Source of the DNA: Chloroflexota bacterium
GTDB lineage: Bacteria > Chloroflexota > Limnocylindria > P2-11E
Assembly (NCBI GenBank): GCA_005889405.1
Contig: VBFY01000014.1
Location: 2,542 to 66,541, forward strand
Length of the DNA: 64,000 nucleotides
Direction of reading: 5' to 3'
The notes beneath the pieces were generated by a model. It had not been told where the DNA came from. It was given only the letters and a program-made list of their open reading frames with translations, and did not search any database. A program made the position numbers and the translations under genes. This document shows positions 1 through 9,587 of the stretch, piece after piece. Numbering within the stretch: position 1 is the first letter of the stretch; each line of letters begins with the position of its first letter.

Positions 1-1287
1 GAGGCGGCCGCGTCACTCCCGACGCGTCACGGCGACCTCGAGATCCACGTCTTCCGTCTCGGCGACGAGACCGAGGTCGTCGCTCTCGTTCACGGCGAGA
101 TCGCCGGTGACGAGCCCGTGCTCGTGCGGCTCCATTCCGAATGTCTGACCGGCGAGGCGCTTGGCTCACTGCGCTGTGACTGCGGCGAGCAGTTGGAGTC
201 CGGCCTCGAGCAGGTGGGGCGCGCCGACCGTGGGGTGCTCCTCTACCTCCGCCACGAGGGACGCGGCATCGGACTCTTCGACAAGATCCGCGCATACGCG
301 CTCCAGGACGGCGGACTCGATACGGTCGACGCGAACGTCGCGCTCGGGCTGCCCATCGACGGACGTGACTACACCGCGGCCGCCGCGGTGCTTCGCAGGC
401 TCGGCGTCCGACGCGCGCGCGTCATGACCAACAACCCCACGAAGCTGCAGGCGCTCGCGGACCACGGGATCGAGGTCGTCGAGCGCGTTCCGATCGAGGC
501 CATGCCCAACCGCGTCAACGGGAGCTACCTGCGTACGAAAGCACGACGAATGGGACATCTCTTGGACAGCGAACCGTCCATGTCATCGGCACCGGCGCGC
601 AACGGACACCACGCGCGTCCCGCTGTGACCGTCCACTACGCGCAGACGATCGATGGACGCATCGCGGCGCGCACCGGTGACGCGCGCTGGGTGAGCGGCG
701 AGTCGTCAATGCAGCTTGCACATGAGCTTCGTGCCTCGCACGACGCGGTGATGGTCGGCATCGGCACCGTGCTTGCCGACGATCCGCACCTTACCGTCCG
801 CCTTGTCGAGGGACGCTCGCCGATCCGCGTGATCGTTGACAGCACGCTCCGTCTCCCTATCGCGGCCAACGTGCTCGCGGATCGCACGGCACGCACGATC
901 ATCGTGACGACACCGTCAGCAACACAGGAACGGGCCCGCGCGATCCGCTCGGCCGGTGGCGAGATCCTGCGCGCGCATGCGGACGACAGCGGTGCGGTCG
1001 AGATGAAGGATCTTCTGCGACGCCTCCGCGGCATCGGCATCGGCTCGCTGCTGATCGAGGGCGGTCGCGGGATCATCACGTCGGCGCTGCGCGACCACGT
1101 GGTCGACCGCCTCACCGTCTGCATCGCACCGAAGGTGATCGGCGAAGGCGTCGCCGCCGTCGGCGACCTCCACATCGACTACCTGCGTCAGGCGCTGACG
1201 TTCTCGAGCGCGCGTTTCGTGACGTGCGGCGAAGACCTTATCTTCTACGGCGAACCGAAATGGGAGGATCTGCCGCAGACCGCGTGA
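1..1287 (+). CDS. ribA: GTP cyclohydrolase II fused to a RibD C-terminal (pyrimidine reductase) domain; 5' end lies upstream of the window
   Basis: Frame open from base 1 (EAAASLPTRHG...). RibA motifs RLHSECLTG, SLRCDC, EGRGIG, TNNPTK, then RibD_C motifs AQTIDGRIA, VGIGTVLADDPHL, IEGG. Confidence 0.9.
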   Translation, partial: EAAASLPTRHGDLEIHVFRLGDETEVVALVHGEIAGDEPVLVRLHSECLTGEALGSLRCDCGEQLESGLEQVGRADRGVLLYLRHEGRGIGLFDKIRAYALQDGGLDTVDANVALGLPIDGRDYTAAAAVLRRLGVRRARVMTNNPTKLQALADHGIEVVERVPIEAMPNRVNGSYLRTKARRMGHLLDSEPSMSSAPARNGHHARPAVTVHYAQTIDGRIAARTGDARWVSGESSMQLAHELRASHDAVMVGIGTVLADDPHLTVRLVEGRSPIRVIVDSTLRLPIAANVLADRTARTIIVTTPSATQERARAIRSAGGEILRAHADDSGAVEMKDLLRRLRGIGIGSLLIEGGRGIITSALRDHVVDRLTVCIAPKVIGEGVAAVGDLHIDYLRQALTFSSARFVTCGEDLIFYGEPKWEDLPQTA

Positions 1288-2285
1288 TGTTCGGGAGTGT
1301 CTGGTTCCCGCGCGCGCGCGAGGTCGAGATCCGCACCGAAGCGATCGGCGCGCCGGGCGTCGGAGAGGTCCGCATCCGCAGCCTCGCCTCGGGGCTTTCG
1401 CACGGCACCGAGATGCTCGTGTTCCGCGGGCAGGTCCCGACGAATCTCGCGCTCGACCTGCCGACGCTCGCGGGCAGCTACGGCTTTCCGATCAAGTTCG
1501 GGTACGCGAGCGTGGGCCAGGTGATCGCGGTGGGCGGCGGCGTCGCGGACCTCGCGCCAGGCGACCGGGTGTTCGTACATCACCCGCATCAACAGGAGTA
1601 CCTCGCGAGCGCGGCCGCGGCCGTGCGTCTGCCGGAGCGACTGCCGCCGGAGCTCGGCGTCTTCCTCGCGAACTGCGAGACCGCGGTCAATGTCGTCCTC
1701 GACGCGCACCCGCGCCTGGGCGAGGAGGTCGCCGTCATCGGCCAGGGCGTGGTCGGATTGCTGTTGACGCAGCTCCTCAATCTCGCCGGCGCACGCGTGA
1801 CCTCGGTCGAGCCGATCGCCATCCGACGCGAGCTTTCGCTGCGCTGTGGCGCCGACGAAGCGGTCACGCCCGACGAGGCCCTGGCACGGATCGCGAAGCG
1901 CACGAATGGCCGAGGCGCGGACGTGGTCATCGAGGCGAGTGGGAACGCAAGCGCGCTGCAGCTCGCGATCGACGCGGCCGCGTTCCAAGGCTCCGTCATC
2001 GTGTGCTCCTGGTACGGCACCAAGCCCGTGAGCCTTGACCTCGGCTCGCGCTTCCATCGCGGTCGGCTTCGTCTCGTGAGCTCGCAGGTCTCCGAGCTCG
2101 ATCCCGCGCTCGCGCCGCGCTGGGACCGTCAGCGGCGGCTCGACGTCGCGCTCTCGCTGCTCGGCGAGCTCCTTCTCGGCCCGCTGATCACCCATCGCAT
2201 CCCGTTCGCGCGGGCGGCCGAGGCGTATGAGCTCGTGGACCAGCGTCCGGAGGAGACCGTGCAGGTGATCCTCACCTACGACTGA
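1287..2285 (+). CDS. Zinc-binding (MDR family) dehydrogenase
   Basis: SGLSHGTE, GYASVG, Rossmann GQGVVG, VIEASG; ATG overlaps the upstream TGA. Confidence 0.85.
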   Translation: MFGSVWFPRAREVEIRTEAIGAPGVGEVRIRSLASGLSHGTEMLVFRGQVPTNLALDLPTLAGSYGFPIKFGYASVGQVIAVGGGVADLAPGDRVFVHHPHQQEYLASAAAAVRLPERLPPELGVFLANCETAVNVVLDAHPRLGEEVAVIGQGVVGLLLTQLLNLAGARVTSVEPIAIRRELSLRCGADEAVTPDEALARIAKRTNGRGADVVIEASGNASALQLAIDAAAFQGSVIVCSWYGTKPVSLDLGSRFHRGRLRLVSSQVSELDPALAPRWDRQRRLDVALSLLGELLLGPLITHRIPFARAAEAYELVDQRPEETVQVILTYD

Positions 2286-2292
2286 GCCGTCG

Positions 2293-3270
2293 GTGCTGCT
2301 TGTCAGCGGTGATTTCGCGCGCCGAACGGGCGGCAACCTCTATGACCGGCATATGGAGCACGCCTGCCGGAGCGCGGGCGTGCCGCTGAGGATCATCTCG
2401 GCCCGCTCGACAGCGCATGCGCGGTCGGAGCTGGCGCGTCTTCGTCCACGGGTCATCGTCATCGACAGCATCGCGATCCCGGTCGCCGCGCCGCTCGCGC
2501 ATTGGGCACAGACGGAGCTGGGCGCGCGCGTGATCGTGATCATGCACATGCCGACGAACGCGCGCGGGACGCGAGCGCTCCTGCGAGCGGCCGACAAGGT
2601 CGTTGCGGTCAGTCTCAGCCTGGCGCGCACGCTCGGCGTGCCGCGTTCGCGTCTCACGACGATCCCGCCTGGCCGCGACGGCGTCCCGCGCGCCGCGCGG
2701 AGAGCGCGCGGGCGGCGCGACGACGCCGTGCTACGCGTGCTGTCGGTCGCGAACTGGTCGTCGTCGAAGGGCACCGCGACGCTCGTCGCGGCCGCCGCGC
2801 GGGTGCCGGAGGTACGCCTGGATCTCGTTGGCGACAGCGGCGCGGGCGCGTACCGCGCCGAAGTCCTCGCGCGGATCAGCGGGATCGGCGCTCGCGTGGT
2901 CATCCACGGGGCGCTCGGCGCAGCCGCGCTCTCGCGACGTTATGCCGAGGCGGACGTCTTCGCACTGCCGACGGAACGGGAGGGATACGGGACGGTCTTC
3001 GCTGAAGCGCTCGAGCACGGCCTACCGGTCATCGGGTCGAACATCGCGCCGGTCCGCGCCATCGTCGGCGATGCGGGTCTCTTCGTCCCGCCGCGACGCC
3101 TTCGTCCTCTCGTCATTGCGCTCAGATTGATGAGCGACACGTGGCTGCGACGCAGGCTCGCGCGGAACGCGCGGAATCGGGCGCGCGCGTTACCGAGCTG
3201 GGCGGGCAGTCAACGCGTGTTCGTCGCTCTCGTCACGCACGAGATGCGTGCGGCCATTGCCAGCCGGTGA
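2293..3270 (+). CDS. Glycosyltransferase family 4 (GT-B)
   Basis: TGGNLYD N-terminus and EGYGTVFAEA (EX7E) motif. Confidence 0.85.
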   Translation: MLLVSGDFARRTGGNLYDRHMEHACRSAGVPLRIISARSTAHARSELARLRPRVIVIDSIAIPVAAPLAHWAQTELGARVIVIMHMPTNARGTRALLRAADKVVAVSLSLARTLGVPRSRLTTIPPGRDGVPRAARRARGRRDDAVLRVLSVANWSSSKGTATLVAAAARVPEVRLDLVGDSGAGAYRAEVLARISGIGARVVIHGALGAAALSRRYAEADVFALPTEREGYGTVFAEALEHGLPVIGSNIAPVRAIVGDAGLFVPPRRLRPLVIALRLMSDTWLRRRLARNARNRARALPSWAGSQRVFVALVTHEMRAAIASR

Positions 3271-3429
3271 CCGAAGGGTCTCGACGGCGGTCGGATCGAT
3301 GCGCGTCCACTGATGACCTTCGTTGCCACCTGCAGCGCAGTACGCCCACGATCGCTGCTCGAGCGTGATCGATGGATCGCCGTGACGTTCGTGTGTCGCA
3401 ATGCAGACGAACTCGATCAGGGCAGCCAT
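3190..3429 (-). CDS. Small hypothetical protein (79 aa) with Cys/His motif
   Basis: GGGAGG RBS before ATG 3429; MAALIEFVCIATH...WAYCAAGGNEGHQW; 3' end overlaps the convergent GT gene. Confidence 0.6.
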   Translation of the reverse strand: MAALIEFVCIATHERHGDPSITLEQRSWAYCAAGGNEGHQWTRIDPTAVETLRSPAGNGRTHLVRDESDEHALTARPAR

Positions 3430-3487
3430 CCCGAAACCTCCCACTGAACCCCTGTTCGCCATGCTCGACCCGCGACAGCGAAGATGC

Positions 3488-3583
3488 TTTACGGCGCGTA
3501 ACCCTTCCGACGGCCGAGATGTTCGCAAAACCATCAGCGAACGCACAAGTGATTAAGGGTTGGCGAAAATTTACGATGCGTAA
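3488..3583. promoter_or_regulatory. Pair of palindromic operator-like sites TTACG-N3-CGTAA
   Basis: tttacggcgcgtaa at 3488-3501 and tttacgatgcgtaa at 3570-3583 in an AT-richer intergenic region. Confidence 0.45.
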
Positions 3584-3603
3584 TCCCGCGGGCGACGCGG
3601 GCC

Positions 3604-4983
3604 TCAGCGCGCGCGACGCCGCTGGTGCGCAACGAATTCGAGCAGATCTGCCTTGGTGATGATCGAGACTGGCCGATCGTCGGAGGCGGCGAGCAGCGCC
3701 GGCACGCCCGAGGAGAGCTCCGCGTAAAGGCGCTCGACGTCCTCGCTCGCCTGTACGACCGGAAAAGGCGCCTCCATCACGCGCTCGACGCGCTCGTCGA
3801 CCAGCGCGGGCTCGCGGAAGACCCGATCGAGCATGGTCGTTTCCTGGACGCTGCCGACGATGTCCGTGACAAGTGTGGCCTCGCCGTCCGCGACGACCGG
3901 GATCTGCGAGATGCCGTAGCGCTGCATCGTGTCGATGGCCGACCGAACGCTCTGCCCCTTCGAGACGACGATCAGACCGGGCGTGCCCATGCGGTCGCGC
4001 ACGACATCGAGCACCGTTGCCTGTACGGGATAGCGCTCCAGGTATCCGTTCTGCCGCATCCATTCGTCGTTGTAGATCTTCGAGAGGTACGAGCGGCCCG
4101 AGTCGGCGAAGAGCACGAGGACGAACGCGCTCTCGTCCAGCTCCTTGGCGATCTCGAGCGCCGCCCACATCGCGGTACCCGACGAGCCGCCGACGAGGAT
4201 GCCCTCCTCCCGTGTCAGCCGGCGCGCGGTGAGGAACGAGTCGCGGTCGGACACGCGGATCCAGCGATCGACGAGCTTCGGATCGAACGTGCCCGGATAG
4301 AAGTCCTCGCCGATGCCCTCGACCTTGTACGGATGGATGCCGCCGGTGTAGAGAGAGCCCTGGGGGTCGGCGCCGACGATCTGGACCTTCGGGTCGCGCT
4401 CCTTCAGGTAGCGACCCGCGCCGGTCACCGTGCCACCGGTGCCGATGCCGAGGACGAGGTGCGTCACTTTGCCGTCGGTCTGTTTCCAGATCTCCGGCCC
4501 GGTCGTGTTGTAATGCGCCTCCGGGTTCATCGGGTTGTAGTACTGATTCGGAAGGAAACCGCCGGGGGTCTCCTTCGCGAGGCGCTCGGCCACCTTGTAA
4601 TAGGACTCGGGCGATTCTGGCGGCACGGCCGTCGGGCACACGACGACCTCGGCGCCGAACGCGCGCAGCAGGTCACGCTTCTCCTGGCTCTGCTTGTCGG
4701 CCATCGTGCAGATGACGCGGTAGCCCTTGATCGCCGCGGCCATCGCGAGACCGACCCCAGTGTTGCCACTCGTCGGCTCGACGATCGTGCCGCCGGGCTT
4801 CAGCAGCCCGCGTCGTTCGGCGTCTTCGATCATGCGTAACCCGATGCGGTCCTTGATCGAGCCGCCCGGGTTGAGGTGCTCGAGCTTGCCGACGAGCGTG
4901 GGCTTTAGACCTCGTCCGATGCGCGAGAGTCGGACCAGCGGCGTGTTGCCGACGACCGCGAGGATGTCAGAAGCGAGCTCCAC
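3604..4983 (-). CDS. Cystathionine beta-synthase with C-terminal CBS domains
   Basis: GNTPLV, NPGGSIKDR, EPTSGNTG, GTGGT, C-terminal CBS pair; GTG start at 4983. Confidence 0.9.
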   Translation of the reverse strand: MELASDILAVVGNTPLVRLSRIGRGLKPTLVGKLEHLNPGGSIKDRIGLRMIEDAERRGLLKPGGTIVEPTSGNTGVGLAMAAAIKGYRVICTMADKQSQEKRDLLRAFGAEVVVCPTAVPPESPESYYKVAERLAKETPGGFLPNQYYNPMNPEAHYNTTGPEIWKQTDGKVTHLVLGIGTGGTVTGAGRYLKERDPKVQIVGADPQGSLYTGGIHPYKVEGIGEDFYPGTFDPKLVDRWIRVSDRDSFLTARRLTREEGILVGGSSGTAMWAALEIAKELDESAFVLVLFADSGRSYLSKIYNDEWMRQNGYLERYPVQATVLDVVRDRMGTPGLIVVSKGQSVRSAIDTMQRYGISQIPVVADGEATLVTDIVGSVQETTMLDRVFREPALVDERVERVMEAPFPVVQASEDVERLYAELSSGVPALLAASDDRPVSIITKADLLEFVAHQRRRAR

Positions 4984-5459
4984 TACCGCTCCACGAGCAT
5001 ATACACGCCCACCGCGATGAGGACGATCGGCACGAAGAACGGCTGCGTCGCATCCGGCAGATGCAGACCGATGACGTCCGCCGTCGCGACGAGAGCGAGG
5101 AGTACCGCGGGGACAAGGAGACCTCGGTGGTCGCGGTAGCACAGGTACACGATCGCGATCGCGACGGCCAGCGAGCCGAGAAAGATCGGCGCCGCCGCGT
5201 CCGCGACCGCGGGCACCCAGGTCGGAATGAGCAGCCCCAGGCCGAAGCCGATGAGCACCGCGGCCGGGACCATATAGACGTACTGCCGCGTGCCGACATA
5301 CCACGCAGCGAGGAAAGCGGCGCCAAGCGCGACGAAGAGATACGCAGGCGCATTCGCGGCGCCAAGCGCTTGAAGAAGGAACGGCGCGCCGACCGCGATG
5401 AGGATCGCGCCGCCGAGGATGCCGCGGCGGAGGCCCATCGGTCGCGACGTCGCGCGCAT
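4983..5459 (-). CDS. Hypothetical integral membrane protein
   Basis: About six hydrophobic segments; GGGAGG RBS; sits between thrC and the CBS gene. Confidence 0.75.
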   Translation of the reverse strand: MRATSRPMGLRRGILGGAILIAVGAPFLLQALGAANAPAYLFVALGAAFLAAWYVGTRQYVYMVPAAVLIGFGLGLLIPTWVPAVADAAAPIFLGSLAVAIAIVYLCYRDHRGLLVPAVLLALVATADVIGLHLPDATQPFFVPIVLIAVGVYMLVER

Positions 5460-5471
5460 CAGGTCCTCCCT

Positions 5472-6710
5472 TTAGGCATCGGGCAGCGCACCGGCATCCA
5501 ATCGCCGCGCGGCCTCACCCTGCAACGACTCCGCGTACTTTAGCCCGCTGCCCGTGTTGAAAACGACGACGCTCTCGTCGTCGCGGATCCAACCGTCGCG
5601 ACGCAGCTTCGCGGCCGCGGCGAGCGCAGCCGCTCCTTCGGGACAGACCAACATCCCCTCCATCGTGCCGACAAGACGCATCATGTCGCGGATCTCGTCG
5701 TCGGTGACGGCGAGCGCGATGCCCGAGGTCTCTCGGAGCGCGCGGAGGACGAGAAAGTCGCCGAGCGCCTTTGGCACGCGGATGCCCGCGGCAAACGTCT
5801 TCGGATCCGGCCACGGCTCCGACTCGTTCGCGCCGGCCTCGAAGGCACGCACGATCGGCGCGCAGCCCGTGGCCTGCGCCGCGACGAACCGCGGCATGTC
5901 GTCCGGAGCGATCCAACCGATGTCGCGCAGCTCCGCGAATCCCTTCCACATCCCGATGAGGCCCACACCGCCGCCGGTCGGGTACACGATGACGTCGGGC
6001 AGCTTCCACTCGAGCTGCTCGGCGAGCTCGAACCCCATCGTCTTCTTGCCTTCGATGCGGTACGGCTCCTTCAGCGTCGACGCGTCGTACCACCCGCGCT
6101 CCGCGCAGGTGTGCTTCACGACCGCGCCCGCGTTGGCGATCGAACCCGGCACGAGATAGACCTCGGCGCCGTACGAGGCGGTCTCGCGCACGATCGTCTG
6201 CGGCGTCGTGTCGGGCATAACGACCACGACGCGGATACCCGCGCGGGCTCCGTACGCCGCCCAGGCCGCGCCGGCGTTGCCGGCGGTCGGGAGCGCGATC
6301 GTGCTCACGCCGAGCTCGAGGGCGCGCGTGACGCCGACGGCGGCGCCGCGGGCCTTGAATGTCCCGGTGGGGAGCAGCCCCTCGTCTTTCACGCGTAAGC
6401 CGGAGAGGTCGAGCTCGTCCCCGATCCGGCGCGCATCCAGGAGTGGTGTCAGCGGCTCGCCGAGCGTCACGACGCGCTCGGGATCCTCGATCGGGAGCAG
6501 CTCTCTATAGCGCCAGAGGGTCGGCGGACGCCGCGCGAGCACTTCGCGCTGCATGGCCTCGTGGACCCGCTCGAGGTCGTACCGGACGAGGAGCGGGCCG
6601 CCGTCGATGATGCAGGTCTGCTGCAGCGTGTCGATCTGGAAGTCCTCGCCGCCGCGCGAGCACTCGAGGTGCGTCGCGAAACTCGCGCTTCGCCCGCTAA
6701 ACGGGGGCAC
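5472..6710 (-). CDS. thrC: Threonine synthase (PLP fold II)
   Basis: LWRYRELLP, PTGTFKARG, TAGNAG, EGKKTMG, PTGGG, FNTGSGLKY; GTG start at 6710 after a G-rich RBS. Confidence 0.88.
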   Translation of the reverse strand: MPPFSGRSASFATHLECSRGGEDFQIDTLQQTCIIDGGPLLVRYDLERVHEAMQREVLARRPPTLWRYRELLPIEDPERVVTLGEPLTPLLDARRIGDELDLSGLRVKDEGLLPTGTFKARGAAVGVTRALELGVSTIALPTAGNAGAAWAAYGARAGIRVVVVMPDTTPQTIVRETASYGAEVYLVPGSIANAGAVVKHTCAERGWYDASTLKEPYRIEGKKTMGFELAEQLEWKLPDVIVYPTGGGVGLIGMWKGFAELRDIGWIAPDDMPRFVAAQATGCAPIVRAFEAGANESEPWPDPKTFAAGIRVPKALGDFLVLRALRETSGIALAVTDDEIRDMMRLVGTMEGMLVCPEGAAALAAAAKLRRDGWIRDDESVVVFNTGSGLKYAESLQGEAARRLDAGALPDA

Positions 6711-6721
6711 CTCCCCCCGAG

Positions 6722-8005
6722 TCACGCCGCGCGTTCGATCTTCGCGCCAAGAGCCCGAAGACGAGTGTCGAGATCCTCGAAACCGCGGTCGATCTGCTCG
6801 ACATTGCTGATGACGCTCTTCCCAGTCGCGCACAGCGTCGCCGCAAGCAGGGCCATGCCCGCGCGGATGTCGGGACTGCGCAGCTCCGCGGCGCGCAGCT
6901 TCGACGGACCCATCACCACGGCACGATGCGGATCGGCGAGCACGATGTGCGCGCCCATCTCCCTCGTGAGGGTATCCACGAAGAAGAGCCTGCCCTCGAA
7001 CATCCACTCATGGATGAGCACGACGCCATCCGCCTGCGTCGCGAACGCGGTCGCGATGCTCGTGAGGTCGGTCGGGAAGCCGGGCCACACCTGGGGCTTC
7101 AGCGTCGGGATCGCGTCGCCGAGGTCGGGCTCGACCACGTAGCGCTCTCTTGCCGGCACGAAGATGTCGTCGCCACGCACTTCTGTGTCGATGCCGAGAC
7201 GCTTGAATACGAGAAGCGTCATGCGCAGGTGCTGGGGCACGGCGTCGCGGATCGTCACCTCACCGTGCGTCATAGCGGTCGTCGCGATGAGCGAGCCGAC
7301 TTCCATGTGATCGTTGAGCAGCGTGTGGTCGATCCCCTTGAGGCGGTCGACGCCGTCGATGACGATCTTGTTCGTCCCGACGCCGAGGATGCGCGCTCCC
7401 ATCTTCATGAGCGCCATGCCGAGCTGCTGGACATGAGGCTCGCTCGCGGCGTTGTAGATCGTCGTCCGCCCCTTCGCGAGCACGGCCGCCATGAGCGCGT
7501 TCTCGGTCGCGGTCACCGACGCCTCGTCGAGCATGACGTCGGCGCCCACGAGACCGTCGGTCTTCAGGTCGTACGCGCCGGCGGAGGTGTCGAGCTCCGC
7601 ACCGAACGCGCTGAGAGCGAGGAAGTGCGTGTCGTTGCGCCGCCGTCCGATGACATCGCCGCCCGGCGGCCCGAGCCGCGCATGTTTCAGCCTCGCGACG
7701 AGAGGCGCGGCGAAAAGGAGCGATGCGCGTATCTCGCGGCTGAGGGTCGCCGGGATCTGCTGGCTCTTCAGCCCCGCGGCCGTGATGCGGACCGTCTTTG
7801 GATCGAGCTCTTCCACAATCGCGCCGAGCGCGCTCGCGATCTCGAGCATCCCACGCACGTCGCGGATGCGCGGAACGTTGTGGAGGGTCACGGGCTCGTC
7901 GGTGAGGAGCGCGGCCGCGATGAGCGGCAACGCTTCGTTCTTGTTGCCCGCCGGGCGGATCTCTCCGCGCAGCGGCGTGCCGCCCTCGACGATGAACCGT
8001 GCCAT
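6722..8005 (-). CDS. murA: UDP-N-acetylglucosamine 1-carboxyvinyltransferase (Asp-type active-site loop)
   Basis: GNKNEALP, PGGDVIGRR (Asp in place of Cys115), ASVTATEN, PGFPTD, DIRAG. Confidence 0.93.
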   Translation of the reverse strand: MARFIVEGGTPLRGEIRPAGNKNEALPLIAAALLTDEPVTLHNVPRIRDVRGMLEIASALGAIVEELDPKTVRITAAGLKSQQIPATLSREIRASLLFAAPLVARLKHARLGPPGGDVIGRRRNDTHFLALSAFGAELDTSAGAYDLKTDGLVGADVMLDEASVTATENALMAAVLAKGRTTIYNAASEPHVQQLGMALMKMGARILGVGTNKIVIDGVDRLKGIDHTLLNDHMEVGSLIATTAMTHGEVTIRDAVPQHLRMTLLVFKRLGIDTEVRGDDIFVPARERYVVEPDLGDAIPTLKPQVWPGFPTDLTSIATAFATQADGVVLIHEWMFEGRLFFVDTLTREMGAHIVLADPHRAVVMGPSKLRAAELRSPDIRAGMALLAATLCATGKSVISNVEQIDRGFEDLDTRLRALGAKIERAA

Positions 8006-8013
8006 CCGGCCGC

Positions 8014-9564
8014 CTAGCCTAGCCCGATGGCGACCGCAGGCTTCAGCTGATCGACGCCGCCGCGGAGCTCTCCGGTCTTGTGATCGATGAGGATCGCGTT
8101 CGGGCGCGCGAACCACGCTGACATCAGAGTCTCTTCCTTAACTTCGACGTCGTGTCCGAGCGCGGCGAGACCTTCGCGAACGTCCTCGGGGATGCGCGAA
8201 TCCACCAGCAGTCCCTCGCCCTCGTCGTGCACGCGCGGGCGATTCACCGCGTCCTGCGGTCCATCGCCGAAGTCGACGATGTTCACGATCGCCTGCGTCA
8301 CCGCGCTCATGATCTTGCGACCGCCGGGCGCTCCGACCGCGAGCAGCGGCGCATCGCCACGCACGATCAGCGTCGGCGCTCCCGCCCAAAGGACGCCCTT
8401 GCGAGGAGCGATCGAGTTCGGATGTCCCGGCACTGGATCGAACCAGGTCATGCCGTCGACCAGGACGATCCCGGTCCCCTTCGGTACGAATCCCGATCCG
8501 AATCCCTGTCCGAGGGTCTGCGTCAGCGAGACCATCGTGTGCTCTTTATCGATCGCGTTGAGGTGTGTCGTGTGATCCGCGAGCTGTGAAAAGCGATAGA
8601 GGAAGGCGGCGCGCAGCGCCTCGGCGACCAGATGAAGGTGATCGACGCCGCCCTGCTCCTTCGCCCCGACCGGGAACGCATCGAGCACCGTGAGCGCACG
8701 CGCCACCGTCGGCCCACCGGTGAGACCGTCGAGCGTGATGATGCGATGACCGCGGTACATCGTCTGGAGCGGCTTGCTTTGGGTGGCCTCGTACGTCGCG
8801 AGATCCGCCGCACTGAGCACGCCGCCGTTCGCACGAACGTCGGCCACGATCGCCTCGGCGATCTCGCCGCGATAGAGCACCTTCGGGCCGTCGCGTGCGA
8901 TGCACTCGAGCGTGTGCGCGAGATCGGTCTGGACGACGCGGTCCGAAGGCTCGGTACCGATCGGCGGCCGGAGCGGCGCACCGCTCGGCCGGAAGAAGAC
9001 GCGGCGCGCGTCGCCCGCCTTCCAGAGGCGCTCGGCATACATCGCGAACGAGAGTGCGACGTACCAGTCGATCTCGAAGCCCCCGCGTGCGAGCCGGATC
9101 GCCGGCTCCATCACGCGACGGCGCGGGAGCGATCCGTAGCGCTCGAGCGCGAGGCAGAGCGCGGCGGCCTGACCCGGGACGCTCACCGACGTCGCGCCGT
9201 CGATGTTCGCGCCGTCCTTGACCGCGGGCCAGAGGTACATACCCGCCCGAGCGTCGCCGCCGACCAGCTCGAACATGTCGGCGCGAGCGCCGAGCGGAGC
9301 ACGCGTGCTGCCCTCTATCGACGCGACGGTGCCGTCAGCGCGGCGCATGACGAGACCGGCGATGCCGCCGATGCCGCTCGTAAATGGCTCGACGACGCCC
9401 ATCACGAACGCGGCCGCGACCGCCGCGTCGACGGCATTCCCGCCGTCGTGCAGCATCTCGACGCCCGCCTCCGCGGCGAGGTGATGCTCTGCCGTGACCA
9501 TGCCGCCACGCGCGACGGGTTCGGTCTTGGAGTGGTGCCACTGGCTGCGGATGTCGGTGATCAA
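8014..9564 (-). CDS. ggt: Gamma-glutamyltransferase family Ntn-hydrolase (compact form)
   Basis: GGNAVDAAVA, EPFTSGIGG, HTTHLNAID nucleophile site, GAPGG. Confidence 0.85.
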   Translation of the reverse strand: MITDIRSQWHHSKTEPVARGGMVTAEHHLAAEAGVEMLHDGGNAVDAAVAAAFVMGVVEPFTSGIGGIAGLVMRRADGTVASIEGSTRAPLGARADMFELVGGDARAGMYLWPAVKDGANIDGATSVSVPGQAAALCLALERYGSLPRRRVMEPAIRLARGGFEIDWYVALSFAMYAERLWKAGDARRVFFRPSGAPLRPPIGTEPSDRVVQTDLAHTLECIARDGPKVLYRGEIAEAIVADVRANGGVLSAADLATYEATQSKPLQTMYRGHRIITLDGLTGGPTVARALTVLDAFPVGAKEQGGVDHLHLVAEALRAAFLYRFSQLADHTTHLNAIDKEHTMVSLTQTLGQGFGSGFVPKGTGIVLVDGMTWFDPVPGHPNSIAPRKGVLWAGAPTLIVRGDAPLLAVGAPGGRKIMSAVTQAIVNIVDFGDGPQDAVNRPRVHDEGEGLLVDSRIPEDVREGLAALGHDVEVKEETLMSAWFARPNAILIDHKTGELRGGVDQLKPAVAIGLG

Positions 9565-9587
9565 GGGACGCGCCGATACTAAGCGTG

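Noticed and set aside
3625-4839. Long antisense and alternate-frame ORFs (e.g. 3625-4839, 12845-14071, 25537-26802, 27126-28685, 43350-45074, 45241-46971)
   Set aside because: Shadow ORFs of high-GC coding strands, Arg/Ala-rich, with no motifs and fully overlapping well-supported genes.
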